Shown: piece after piece, positions 24,489 through 37,624 of the stretch | How the letters are laid out: every line of letters begins with the position of its first letter | How positions within the stretch are numbered: position 1 is the stretch's first letter | DNA from: Psilocybe cubensis | Taxonomy: Eukaryota | Direction of reading: 5' to 3' | Assembly: GCA_017499595.2 (NCBI GenBank) | Contig: CM039004.1 | Span: forward strand, 806,001 to 870,000 | Length of the DNA stretch: 64,000 nt | Program-made: the position numbers and the translations under genes | The notes under the pieces: model-generated | What the model saw: only the letters and a program-made list of their open reading frames with translations | Database searches by the model: none | Told to the model about the DNA's origin: nothing

Positions 24489-24573
24489 GCATTAATGGGG
24501 TAGTGGTAACCTGGGTCGTTGCCATTCGAGTGATAAGCTCGACCCGCCGGGGGTTCGATTCCCCCTTAATGCA
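24489..24573 (+). tRNA. tRNA-Gly (anticodon GCC) with 14-nt intron
   Basis: Acceptor stem GCATTAA/TTAATGC+A; D-loop AGTGGTA; anticodon stem GGTCG/CGACC with GCC at 24521-24523; intron 24525-24538; T-loop GGTTCGATTCC; mature length 71 nt. Confidence 0.95.
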
Positions 24574-24911
24574 TATATTAATTCATTCAAAAGCAATGAA
24601 AAAGATCTTTTTGGCAAGCTTGGACGCACCATATGCATTTTGAATGCGTAAACTAGTTTTATACTTATAGACAGAGATGCCCAATACTTACGTCGAAAGT
24701 TCTTGTTGGAATCGGCGAAAATAATGTTTTGTTTTTAACTGAAAGAATAGCTGAGTAATGATGAAATCTGACGACGAAAGCAAGACGAAAGAACAATTAA
24801 AACGAAAGCAATGCGAAAACAGCAGAAAACTGGTCCATCATGGAGATTCTGTACTATCATAATGTGACCCGAGAGAGGGCGGGGTATTACAAAATGCAGG
24901 TATCATGAGCA

Positions 24912-26785
24912 TCATGACTCTGTTGACATTGACGGAATTGTCGCTTTGCGTATGTCATCGAGAGCTTCATGCCGAACCTGTGCGAATGCTGCAATGAGGG
25001 TGTCTACATCGTGCCACCATTCTGTGTCCGCCCGTGTTGACAAATTGTGGACTAACCATCCTGGCTTGAGATGTGGGAAGCAATGTTCGATGAATCTGGC
25101 TACCGCTATGGTCATTTCTAGCGTATCCGTCTCGGAGTTGAATCGATTAGTCGTGACTTTGTGGATTGAAAGTCGCTCGATCTTGCTCGAGCGATGGACG
25201 ATTCGCTGCCTGAGTGAGTTTAGCACCTCAGGAGGATGTGTTATTGTGTCCAATGGAAGAGTCAGGTTTTTTAATGCAGGGCAACTTTCTGCGAGCGTCA
25301 GGAGGCTGCAAAAGGAGGGGCTGTTGCCCTCTATGGATGAAGGCAAAGAAAGCGTACGCAAGTTGCGCCAATTATTGCCTAGACAGAATTCTTCGATATG
25401 TCGGTCGGTGATTGGTAGAGATACACCTGTCATTCCGAAGAAGACGAGGTTATTGCATCGAATGAGAGGACGCAATGTATTCTCTCCAAGGAGAATGGAT
25501 CTTCCGGTCCCCATGTTAACGTCGAAAACCTGAAGCGCCGGTGCTATTGTGGCTATACGTTCTATGGAAGCCTGAAGTGCTAAGGCCGTATCGCTAAACA
25601 TTCCCTGTGTAGCCAATCCCATGCTGGCAGGCGTGTGCTGTAGTATGTTCGTACATTGCGCAAGTTTGACGGTTGTAAGTGAACGGGTTGGATTGAGCAT
25701 ACGAAGGATTTTGGATGTTTCCACTGGGTCGCCAGTTAATTGTAAATCCTGTAGACTTGGAAAATATAAAGTGCTGTCCCCAACGGATACATTGGCGACA
25801 TCAACTATTGCCGAGTGACTGAGGTTTATGAGCAAATGAGTGAGGTCTGGTAAATTGGTGCAGTCGCGAAAAAACGAAGAAGGGACGTCTGATGCTGGGA
25901 TAAAGGTGGCATTGAGAACCTGAAGTCTTGAGAATTTTGGTATGCAGCGCAGAATTTCAAATGAGAGTCTGCCAGATAGAATAAGTTCCTGGACAGCGGT
26001 CGCTTTGGGGGCCAAGGTGGACAAAAGGGATTCCGTAAAGACCTCTGTGGTGGTATTGATACCTCCAAGTATTAGGTTCGTAAGGGAAAGACCGTGTATG
26101 AGAAAAAGAGGCGCCAAGAGGTTGTCAGTCCCCCTGTGAAAGGATGGTGGCAAGTTGGGAATATACAAAGTCTTAAGCGCCGGGAAAAGAGTTAAATCTT
26201 TCTCAGCCATCATTCGCATGATGAAATGGCTCGAGTAGCTATCCTGAAAAGATTCCAGGAATAGGTATTGGATTTTGCAAGTATATAATTTAAGTCGATC
26301 TATGTGGATGGGGAGGACCGCCCCGTTAATCGTCTGAGAAATCAATATCGTGCCCTTCTTCAGTTGTAATAACAACTCACATACACATCGCCGAACGGTG
26401 CTTTCTCAAAGGTTGGGAGTATACTGAAAATGGGAATGAGAGATGTCATCATCCTCCATAAAAGCCCCGAAGCAGGGGCAACGAAGGATCGGGCTGTCAA
26501 ACACGCGAAAAACAATGCCTTGCGTGTGGAAATATCAATATCCCATATCCCATCTCCCCAAAACGCCTCTGGGTCGAAGAACGAAAGGATCAGTTCTATA
26601 ATGTCTTCATTCTGAAAGACACTGGAAGAGCTGAGTGGTAATTTTTGACGTTGAGGATGCGGACAAAACCAGTTAGATTGGCTGGGGGATTTTGATTACC
26701 GTAGAACTTCGAATACACACCTGTTCGGGTGCAGTACTTCAGTGGTTTTATTATGACGGCGCCTAGTACCAGAAGTCTCAGGCAT
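24912..26785 (-). CDS. F-box-like / LRR (RNI-like) protein (spliced)
   Basis: In-frame splice from MPETSG.. to VFQNEDIIELILSF..LLWR (degenerate F-box-like); repeated FPxLxxLxL / LxxLxL motifs in 24912-26375. Confidence 0.7.
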
Positions 26786-27593
26786 GCTGCGAAAAGGGAT
26801 CGTTGAAGGCTGTCGAAGATTGAGAGACGTTGTGCAGTGTACGATTTGGTCACAATCGGATCATCAGCTAGCTGTTTTTACTGCCTCGAGGTTAAATTAC
26901 CTCAAGGCGGGAACCTGTCTAACCTTATCAGACAGTGTTGAGCAGAGGAATTTTACCACAGCATTGTCAATTGTGATGTGCATAAACGAGGTATATACCA
27001 ATAGTCGCTTTTATCATGACGAATTCTTTGCTTTCATTGCACTGCGAAGACTCATTGTCGCTATGAATCGGTGTCAGGTTGAATCGGTATCCGAGCCTTA
27101 AGTATGCATCCCCAATCAGGTTTTTTTAGCTCACAGAGATGATATCATCTTCCAGAGCCTGTCACCACTTTGTCGTAGCGAAAAGATTTTCCTCAGCATG
27201 GCCGTTCATATAGTACTGACAACGGTGAAACAGCTGGATTGATTATTTTCTTCGCCAATGCCGATAGAATGTATGGAGATGATGATGGTTGCTCTAGAGT
27301 CACGTCTAAGAGAAAGTCTGAGCAATCTTCTCTACTCCAGGTTTCTTGATAGATCGCCACGGCTGGGAGTCGTAGTATGATGGTTGCTGAGTGCAAGTTT
27401 AGACCGTTCAGCTCGAACTTGAAGCCGGCTTTCGGTTACTTATCCACCCGTCGAGTGATCAACTGACCGCTTTGACCAACTGCATATGGCTCTTTGAAAT
27501 GCACTCTCATCTTGTTATAGTCATGTTTGTTGACATATCTAAGCCGGAAACGTATGACGAGTTTACCGTTCTTGTTTCCTGCAAGCTTGAGAA

Positions 27594-29877
27594 ATGCGCA
27601 TTGAAGAGGGATTCCACCCAGTGAGTACATAGTTATGGTTTTTGTTATTTCTTCAACTAGGATTGATTTTGGTTCGGGATCCCTTAATTCGTAGACACCA
27701 TTCACAGAGGATAATGCATATACCGCGGATCCCGTTCTCCCAAGCTTATTAAAGCGTGTGTTGCCCAGAAGGTAACCCCTATCAAGGACATCTCGCAGAG
27801 TATACCTTATTGACTCGGGAGTTCAATCTGTTATAGTGTGTTCAAAGAGGTTGTGCCGGACCTAGAGCGCTGTGGTCATGAGGTCGTAACCTGTATGTTG
27901 TCTATGACGATCCTCAAAGTTGAACGTAGCCGCTGACCTCAGGCTGCGCGTGCGATGCGATGGGGTAAGCCCTGCGGACGCTGAGCGACAGCGGCAAGGT
28001 CTTCCCCCCTAAACTGCTCCAGTACGATCAGTGGGGACGCCGTATCGATGACCTACAAACTAGTGAAGGCTGGCGCGAGCTCAAAGCCATCTCTCAGCGA
28101 GAAGGGATCCCAGGCATTTTTTACGAGCGCAAATTTGGAGAACACAGTCGTGTGTACGGATTTGCTAAGATGATGGTTATGGTCGGCGATTCTAACGAAG
28201 TACGTCAAGAGATACTTCAGATCTTGATACTGAGAGTTTACCATGTAATTTGTGTTTGTAGATTTTCTGTCCGATGAGTATGACGGATGGTACTGCAAGA
28301 GTGATCGAACTTCTTGGTTCACCAGAAATGAAACGAGATATCCTTCCCCGTCTCATAAGGTACGACATACGCAACGTTGGACGAAAGTAATGATCATAAC
28401 CGACCGTCCCTTTAGCCGTGATCCCGCACACGCGTTTACTTCCGGGCAATGGATGACTGAAGTGGGTCGTTATGCTGGAATCTCATCTTTAGGTTCTAAA
28501 TTTCTTTTCAGCGTCCAGGAGGCTCAGATATCTCGCTCACAGAGACAAAGGCTATTTCTACAGGACAGGCATCCATTTACGGTCCCAAATACACTCTAGA
28601 CGGTGTTAAATGGTTCTCGAGTGCCACCGACAGCGAAGTTTCAGTCGCTCTGGCTAGAACGGGTTCGCAGCAAGACGGCTCAAGGGGACTGTCCCTGTTC
28701 CTCGTCCCCCTCCGACTGCCTCTGCTTCGAACCCCATCTGACCCTGTACCATCTCCCATCAGCAACAACATCCTTGTCCACCGCCTCAAGAATAAAGTCG
28801 GCACACACATCTTACCCACCGCAGAACTCTCACTGGAATCCACAGAAGGATACCTCATAGGCGAATTGGGAAAAGGTGTCAAGAACATTTCGCCAGTGCT
28901 CAATATCACGCGTCTGTGGTCTGCAACCGCGTCGATAGGAAACCTCCGCAAATGTCTCGCTATCGCCACTTCCTACGCGAAAGTACGCGCCATTCACAGC
29001 GGGACGGTGTTGTTGATAGATACCCCTATCCACGTCGAACAATTGGCCTCTGTCAACATCCTGTATCGTGCGTTGACGCACTTGACGTTTGGCGTTGTGG
29101 GCTTGTTGGGGAAAGTGGAAAGTGGGGGTGCGACGCCGGACGAGGAGCGCAGATTGCGGATGTTGACGCCGGTGGCGAAGGCGTATGCTGCGGAGAAGGC
29201 GTGTGCGGGTATGGAGGAAGCTATGGCTGCTATGGGAGGTGCTGGCTATATGGAAGAGAATGGGATTGGGCGATCGATCAGGGATGCTTTGGTGGAGAAG
29301 TATGGTCCTTTTCATTTCATGAAGTTTATCACTCATGATATATGATTTCGTAGGATCTGGGAAGGAACTATTGTTGTGTTGGCGCTTGACCTCGTTCGAG
29401 TCGCACAAGATAAAGCTTGCATGCAGGCCTTCGTCACTGTCAGTGTATTTCATTTCATACTATATTCAATGTTGCTGAATCCTGGGTTAGTGGTCGAACG
29501 GTATCTTCAAGTCGTGTCCTTCAGATTTTGCAAAACAAATTTCTTCAGAAATGAGAATTCTCCAAGAAGCCATTCACGAATTTGCACCATCTTACAATAA
29601 GCCTATGAAACCTCTCGTCCCGCGACCTGCCATCATGCTTGCTGGGGCGATAACCTCCAGCATATATCTCTTGGAACATGCGATCTGGTCGTATAAGAAT
29701 TCGGAGCCTTCAAGTACCCTGGACATGGAAGTGTTCAAAAGATGGGTAGTCGATAGCGGTTTAGAAGCGAATGTCCAGTCGCTCAAGAGATCCAAAGCGG
29801 ACACTGGAGAAAGGGTGAAGATCAATTCGTCGTTGGTGTTCGGTGTCGGTGCACAGAAGGAACAGGCGAAACTGTAA
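27594..29877 (+). CDS. AidB-like acyl-CoA dehydrogenase (spliced)
   Basis: QYDQWGRRIDDLQTSEGW, SGQWMTE, KWFSSATD, HRLKNKVGT..LPTAEL, LNITRL, LTPVAK, MGGAGYMEENGIGR.IRD, IWEGT. Confidence 0.9.
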
Positions 29878-29950
29878 TTCCCCGAGACATGAGCACTATA
29901 ATACATGTTATATCTTACAATTTGAATGTCCCATTTGTACCCCACATTTC

Positions 29951-30776
29951 CTATGATGCCGTGTAGGGAACAATATGACACCTGTCGAAGAGAAACTCAG
30001 CGATGGAAAGGGAGATAAAGGTGCTTGGACTCACCCGAGTGTACCTCTTCCACCCCAGTTCTTCCTAGGTGTAAGAGTCAAAGCTTTGGTTACATTATCT
30101 CGTGAAACCAGTATGCGAATTGCGCGCTACAGGCCATTTTTATGTGTTAGCAAACGTCAAGGAGCATATCAAAGGTCTGCCTCACATTCTCGCTCGCTGC
30201 CACGAGCTCGGCTATAGGTTGCAGAGAGCTCGACTGGAACGAGTTGTGATCAAGCCCTCCAAACTTGAGCACCAGATCTCCGCGCTGCAAGGCCTAAATG
30301 GCAAGGCAAGTTGTTTTCCAACTGTCAGATACGGCACCGTGTTCGTCACATAAGAAAATGCTCACTGCCTCAGCGGATGGGCTCCCAGGTGCAACAGCTT
30401 CGACCCTCGCAAACGGCTTCGTAGGCACAGCACTACTACTCGCCACACCATTCCGCAAGCTCGGGCTCGGCACAGAAGGGTCGTACACCTTCTCCAGCGC
30501 CCCCGCAATCTCATCCATCAGCGCTCTCAAATCGTTCCGCAGCTCAATAACCCGCTTGCGCGCGGTACGCACAACCCACAGGTCAATGTCCGCGCGCGGG
30601 AAGCCCTCTGCGTCGACGAGGGGTGTGTCCATTGTGACATTGTTGGATTTGAGGATGTCGATTTGTTCTTGCAGTTCGCTTTCGATTTCGTCTTTGCGCG
30701 CCATTAGAGCGCGTGCGTGGTCTGCTGGAGATGGAGATGGAGATGGAGATGTGGCTTCGGGTGGGTTGGATGACAT
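29951..30776 (-). CDS. NAS2: 26S proteasome assembly chaperone Nas2/PSMD9 (spliced)
   Basis: PLVDAEGFPRADID..VRTAR..IELRND; PDZ start PFARVEAVAPGSPSAEA; C-terminal WGGRGTLGCHIVP. Confidence 0.92.
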
Positions 30777-31072
30777 GGTGTTGAAGATATTAGATTCAGG
30801 TATGTAGAAGATGGATTTGAAGATGTATTCATTTGGCGGAGACGGAGTCAGTGTCACTAAACGATCGCCGATCGACGACGTAATCGTTGTTTGATGCACC
30901 CAACACAACCAAATAAGAAGCCCCTATTTAACTTTACACAACAGACGCTCATTCAATACTCGGCGGCAAGAGTACCAAAAACGCGTTAAACCAAGGCATA
31001 GCTCTTGTTATATAGTAATATTTACTTTCAGAGTAGCAACGTCGGAATTTCCAAAACAGTGGCTATTCAGTA

Positions 31073-32584
31073 TCAGAAACAAGCGGGATTATAATCCCCC
31101 TCCAGCGCCTCAACATCACACTCAAAATCCAACACAAGCTCAACCCGCTCTCTCCCTTTACACCCAACAAACTGCGCCTCCAAATACCTCCTCGTCTCCT
31201 CCTCAAAATCCTTGCTACTAAAATCCGCGCGGTACACAACCGTCACCATAAACGTAACATACACCTTCACCACACAGAGCGCAGGGTACACGTCTACGCT
31301 CGCCAGCGCCTCGTCGATCGCGCGCCATGCGGGGTGGGCGACGCGGATGGCGCCGGCGGCTGCGATTGTCAGGTACAGATGCACCTCTGCAAGCGAGCGC
31401 ATGGGGTTTTGCGCGTTGAGGAGTTGCGCGAGGGGTTCGATGTTTTGTACGGGGATGGTGTTGGGGGATGATTGGAGCTGCGATTGGGTCACGGCGAATA
31501 CTTCGAGGTTCGGGATGGAGCTTATGTCTGGTATTTCAAAGTGCAATGGGCCTAAGCGGTAATGGTAAGTGAAACAAGTGTTAAAATAAGTCTTTGCACA
31601 TGAATTGGAAGCGACAGAAAGACACTACATACCTGAAAATTCGAGTCCGAGCATCTTCAACGATCCGCCGCACAATCTCAGTAGGTTCGAAGATACAGTT
31701 GGGGGAACGTTTCCTGCAAGTGACCCGACACAGAGAGTTTTTAGTCCTTTGACAGATGCGCAAGCCGCGGTGTCAGGGAGCCGGTGAAGGCAGTTCGTAT
31801 CGAGGTACTCGATCTGCGGGTATTCCATAGACAAAGTATGGTTAAGGTCAGGCACGCTCGACGCGTCGGCCTGGTAGGACCATGCCGGGGGGATCACTAT
31901 GTTTTTATCGAGGTTCCAAGTGAGACTTGTCACCTTGGAGCCTCTGAAGAGCTCGTAAGGGAGATAGATAAAGTTCCTCACATCCAGCCAAGCCAGGTAG
32001 GGTGATTGGAGGAGATTTTGGAAGGCAAGGCGGAAGTGGGACGAGAGGTTGGTCCAATCGACGCCCTTTGTGATGATCCACCAGCCGCCTGACGAGTCGT
32101 CGGAGTCTACAGCCAGCGTGAGCTTTTCGATGCCGTACCCGTCCCCGTGGAGCTGGTGGAGGAAGAGCGCGACATTCTCGTCGTTGATGACGCGCTCGAC
32201 GGAGAACGCGTTCTGCGAGCCGTAGGGGAACCGCGTGTTCTTGCGCACGGCGGTAGAGAATTTCAGCTCGACGTCTTTGATGTACCGGACGAGGTCCAAC
32301 CCCATCCGTGGGGACGTGGGTGAATTTAGGAGCTCGCGTAGGGAAGCGAGGCGGTGGCGGCCTTGTCCGCCAATCAGGGGGAGGGAGATGCGGTTGAAGA
32401 GGTGGACTAGGGCGCGCCGGTGGCAGTCTGTGGACGTTGCGTGGAAAGAGAGTAGGGATTTCCGGTGTGCTCTTGCATCGGATTGTGTGGGGGATGTAAA
32501 GGCTAGTTCAGCGGTTGCGTCGATGATGGCGTCGGTGATTTCGACGGGGAATGGGCGCAGCTTGGAGCCTCCTTCTGAAGCCAT
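31073..32584 (-). CDS. Agaricomycete F-box-like hypothetical protein (2 exons)
   Basis: N-terminal FPVEITDAIID..LFNRISL pattern; two long exons separated by a short intron. Confidence 0.6.
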
Positions 32585-33841
32585 GATAATGATATATACT
32601 ACTGAGGAGCGCTGGTTTTTAGATTATTATCCAAGACATTGAGATTGTATGACTGATTCAGTGGAATTCCTCCCGCGAGACATTGGAGTATTAGATTGCG
32701 TGTCCAAATCAAGTTGTTAAATCTGGTGAAGATAGACTTTGCATTTGACTATCTAATGCAAAGTGTTGATGTGGACGTCAGAGCAGAGATATTAATAGAT
32801 TCCATCTCCGTCAATCTCCGCTTGAACCTCCCCCGATGGGCGAAGTCATCCTGACTCACTTCCGCGCACTGTAATTAGCTGGGATACACCACCCAGTGGT
32901 ACGGAAGTTGTATCCCCTTGGGTATCACACCCATAAGTGAGCAAAACCATGGTCCATCCTGCTTTGCGCTGATTGTCTTTTGGTGGTACGCCACTGGTAA
33001 TCGAATGGTCACACCATACTCACCTCAAGCCAAAAAGTTCCGATCTTTTTCTCCCTGGCAGAAGCTCCAACATCTATGTATACCTTTATCAACGTGTTAA
33101 CAGCGCCCGGATGCATACGGCATGTGCATTGTGTGCAAACATGCCCAGGGCGCGATGTTGACATAGATGATCTTCCAATCCAGATATTGATCATGTTGTT
33201 CTTGGAGCCTTTGAAGTGATGAGGCTCTTGTCAAGGTATCGAAACAACATTTGGATCCCTATGTGTGCTTGAGCCTTGTTATCATAAAGCCATTCGGAAT
33301 TGATCACCTCAAAAAACTCCCACAGAAACGGAGTCACACATCTGACAAACGGAAGAAATCTCGGCTACCACCTGGACCATTGACACAAACGGCATAAACA
33401 CATCGATTATCCCAGGCCATCCTGACACACACTGTGCACAACACAATCACCAATCACCGTGCCGCTGCCTCGAGGTTGCTGTGTGGCTTCGAAATGTAAA
33501 CGTCTTTCACGCGTTTACCTCGCTGAGAATTCAGGTAACGGTTAAAGAAGGTATGGGAATTCCGCAGAAAAGCGGTATATCTTCTATTATCACTCAACGT
33601 AAACGCCCAATCTCACGTTCTTCTTCTCTCTCTCTCTCCTTGATCTCTTCTTGATCTCTCTACTAGCCAGTCTCGTAACACTCCCGAATCAGTGTATTCT
33701 AGACTTTACTTGGATTTGACTTGACTTGATTCTACATAACCTCAACCCCAACCCCAACCTCAACCTCATCTACACCACACACACACACACACACACCACC
33801 CACACCACCCACAACCCTCACCCCCCAACACCAAAGCCCCA

Positions 33842-36800
33842 ATGGTAAAACGCCCCAAATCCCCCGAAATCCGCGAAGAAGCGCGGTACTTCACCGTCTA
33901 CCAGCCGTACCCACTGCACGCGAACTGGATCATGGAGGAGGACCAGAAGAAGTGCGCGATGTGGGTCGCGGAGTGTATTGGTGTGAATCACTTGTGGGCG
34001 ATACATTATAAGCCGAAGGTGAGCTGCGCGTTGTGGTTTTTGTGGGTGGGTGGATGGATGGATGGATGTTAATGCCACCACCACCCGACGGCGCCACTGC
34101 CGCCCATCCACCCCACCCAACCCCACCCAACCCAACATCGCCCATCCAACAGTGAACTAACCTTCTTCTCCCCTCCTTATCCCAACAGGCTCGCGGCATG
34201 ATCCTCCTCGAAGTCTCCCGCAAATTCACCGACCACGGGCGCCTTCTAGGCGAGCACCGCTGGTCATCCACACTCACCTCGCCCGACCCGCTCGAAGCAC
34301 GCGCTGCGACGAAGGTATTTCACAGCTTTTATACGACGGGGCGGGACGCGCAGAAGGATGGGTGGAAGGCGATTGCGATTCCGAATGTGTGGTTTAAGGA
34401 TTGGGTCCCGGGCAATGGGTGTGTGGCTTTCTTCCTTGAATGAGATTGGGATTGGGATTGGGATTGGGATTGGAGCTGATTGGAGTGTTTTATAGGTTAT
34501 TCGTCCGCCCGTATCCAGCTACACATTGGTGTGCGGTCCCAGTTGAAGACAGAACCAACAAGCCCATGTGCAGACCACTCCCATCGGAGCAGAAGCCGCC
34601 CCCGCCACGGTCTAAAGGACAAGGTGCGTCTTTGCGTCTTTGCGTCTTTGCGTTGTTGCGTTTTTTTTGCGTCCCCCCACTCTTCTCTTCTCTTCTCTTC
34701 TCGTCTCGAGCGATATCTGACTCTTCCTCCCTCCCTTATTTCCTTCCGCTGCACTACCCCACTACCCCATACATCTCCATCACAGTCGTCGGTTCCTCGC
34801 AATGGGTCGAAAAACAAGTCGACCCGTCCTCACCTACGCCCGGGCACAGCCAGAACAGCTCCATAGGCGGATCGCCCGTGTCGAGTCATACGTCGCTTCC
34901 TCTCCTTCCCCTTACCGGTGCCCTTGGACCAGGAATAGCAACTGGAATGGGAACTGGAACGGGCACGGGAATGGGAACGGGAACGGGAATGGGAACTGGA
35001 GGTATGTGATATATCCCACCCTGTGGGGCTCTGTAGTTGTTGTTGTTTGCTGATATGATACACTTGTAGGAACTAGCGAAGCTACAGCTAAATTGTCTAT
35101 GGCTACAGCTAAATTTTCTATGGCTACAGCTAAATTTTCTATGGCTACAGCTAAATCGTCTATGGCTACATCTACATCTACAGGTACAGGTACATCTACG
35201 GCTACGCCGGCTCTTGGAGTCGGAGAAGCACCCACAGGACCCACAGGACCTAAACCCACAAACGCGAATGTGCCTACTGCACCACGAGCAATGCGTGCGT
35301 ACCCGTTTTCATTCTCTCCATCTCTCCATCTTCCCATCCTCCTCCTCCTCCTCACTTTCTTCTTAAATCATAAACCTAACAACATATCTTATTTTAAATT
35401 TCCGATTTACAGGCGGCAAACAAACGACGATGACGATGTCCCTCAACGAATTCATCGCAGGGCCTTCGAAGCCCAAGAAAGCAGGATGGAACAACGACAA
35501 GGGCAGCTCAGCGGGTGGGAATAAGAAGTTTTCGTTGAAGGATGCGGAGGCGGATGCGGATGCGCCGCCTGTTAATGCTTGTACGTCTACCCTTTGCTTC
35601 CCAAGACACTTTCTTACTCTCACTTTCTTTCTTTCTTTCTCTCATTCATTCTATTTCGTTCTTTCTCCTTCCCTACCTACTACCTTACCACCAACCAACC
35701 AACCAACCTACCCACCTACACACAGGGTCCAAAAAACTACACATCCCCCCTTCAGAAAAACAAACGATGATTCTGCCTACACCCGCAATATGGACGCTCG
35801 ACGAGACGACGGATTATTCGGGGTGGGATATTCCCATGTCGCCTGCGCCTGCACATGAACGTGAACTTGCACCTGAACCTGAATTTGGACCTGAACTTGG
35901 ACATGGATATGGACCTGATTTCGCGTTGGCGCAGAAGGCAAACGCGAAGGCGAAGGCGAAAGAGGGTTCGACTTGGGCGGGCAAGGCAAAGGCTTCGGCA
36001 TCGACATCGGCATCCGCGGCAAAACCAAAGGCTCAGGCTCATGCTCAAGCAAAGCCGAAGACGACCTCGAATGAGAAAACAAAGGCGAACGCGAACGCGA
36101 AGGCAAAGACGGGTTCGTCAAAGGAGACACGTACACGTGTGTAGCTTTTTTCCCTCTTTTATTGGGTGTATTAGGATAGGAATAACATGTTTTTTCTTTT
36201 TTTTTCTTTTTTTTCTTTGTTCTTTTACCTCTTTGTTGTTGTATGTGGGGTGCGGTGTGGTGCGGTGTGGTGTATGTGTGTTGATTGATATTGGGTGTCG
36301 ATTGTTGGTTGTTGGTCCGTTTGTGGTGGTGGTGTATGGGTGTTTGTTTGGTGTTTTTTGGTGTGATAGGCCCTCAAGCAGAAACAGATCAAGAACCAGA
36401 TTCAGAACCAGATCAAGAACCAGAACCGGAACAAGATCAAGATCGCGATCAAGCTTCTTTGTCTTTGTCACCTTTGTCTCCTCGCTTCTCTCCTCGCGCC
36501 GACACGGATGGAGAGGGAGAGCATCCACACAAGAGCAGGCGGCGGGACAGGGGCAGCAAAGGAAAGGGCAAAGAAAGAGAAAGAGGAGATACATCGGAAA
36601 GAGACGATGTGGATAAGGGGTACAGTCACAGTTACAATCACAATTACACATCAAGGACGCAGTCCAACGCACAGGAGGATGTAGAGATGGCAGACGCACA
36701 AAACGACGACAATGACAACGACAAGGAAAAGGACAAAGGGGAATCAAAAGTAATCTACGTCCCCGAACCAGACCCTACAAACCCAAGCATGTTCACGCCC

Positions 36801-37586
36801 AAAGAGATGCAGCGCGAGCGCGATCGGAATGGCGGGTTGAGGCCGTGGGAGAGGGGAAATATTATGTGGGATGTGGACATGGATTGGGCGGCGTATGTGC
36901 AGGAGAATGGGGGTGGGGGCAGGGGCGTGGGTGGAGGTGAGGGTGGGGGTGGGGGTGGGGATGAGAAGGGGAAGGGTAAGGAGAAAGAGAGGGATAAAGG
37001 GAAAGGCAGGGAGAGAGACAAGTACAAGGAGCGTGATCGTGACAGAGATCGTGACCATGTTCGTGACCGAGAACACGACCGTGACCGTGACAGAGAACGC
37101 GACCGGGACCGCGACAGAGATCGTGACCGCGACCGCAATAGGGATAGAGACCGAGAGCGCGAAAGGGACAAAGACAAAGACAAAGACAAAGCCAGAGCTC
37201 GCGACAAGGATACCGATCGTGACCGCGACCGTGACCGCGACCGCGACCGCGATCGTCATCATAAGGATAAGGATAAGTATAAAGATGGTGAGCGCGACCG
37301 TGATCGAGAGAGGGATAGAGATAGGGGCAAGGACGGGTATAAATCCAGCCATCGGGAACGCGAACGCGAGAGTCGGCGCGATAAAGACAGACATGGAGAG
37401 AAGGAGAGAGATCGTGATAGAGACAGGGATAGAGATAGGGATAGGGATAGGGATAGGGATAGGGAGCGGCGGGATAGAGACAAGGACAGAGACCGCGACA
37501 GAGACCGCGACCGCGACCGTCATCGCAATAAAGACCGCGACCGCGACTACGACCGCGACAGAGACACGCGCGATCGCAATAACGAT

Positions 37587-37624
<38 letters not shown>

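Noticed and set aside
33193-33250. Hammerhead-like arrangement (ATGTTGT..TGATGA..GAAACAACAT)
   Set aside because: Core lacks the conserved C of CUGAUGA, stems I and II are weak, and a GAGCCT/AGGCTC hairpin competes
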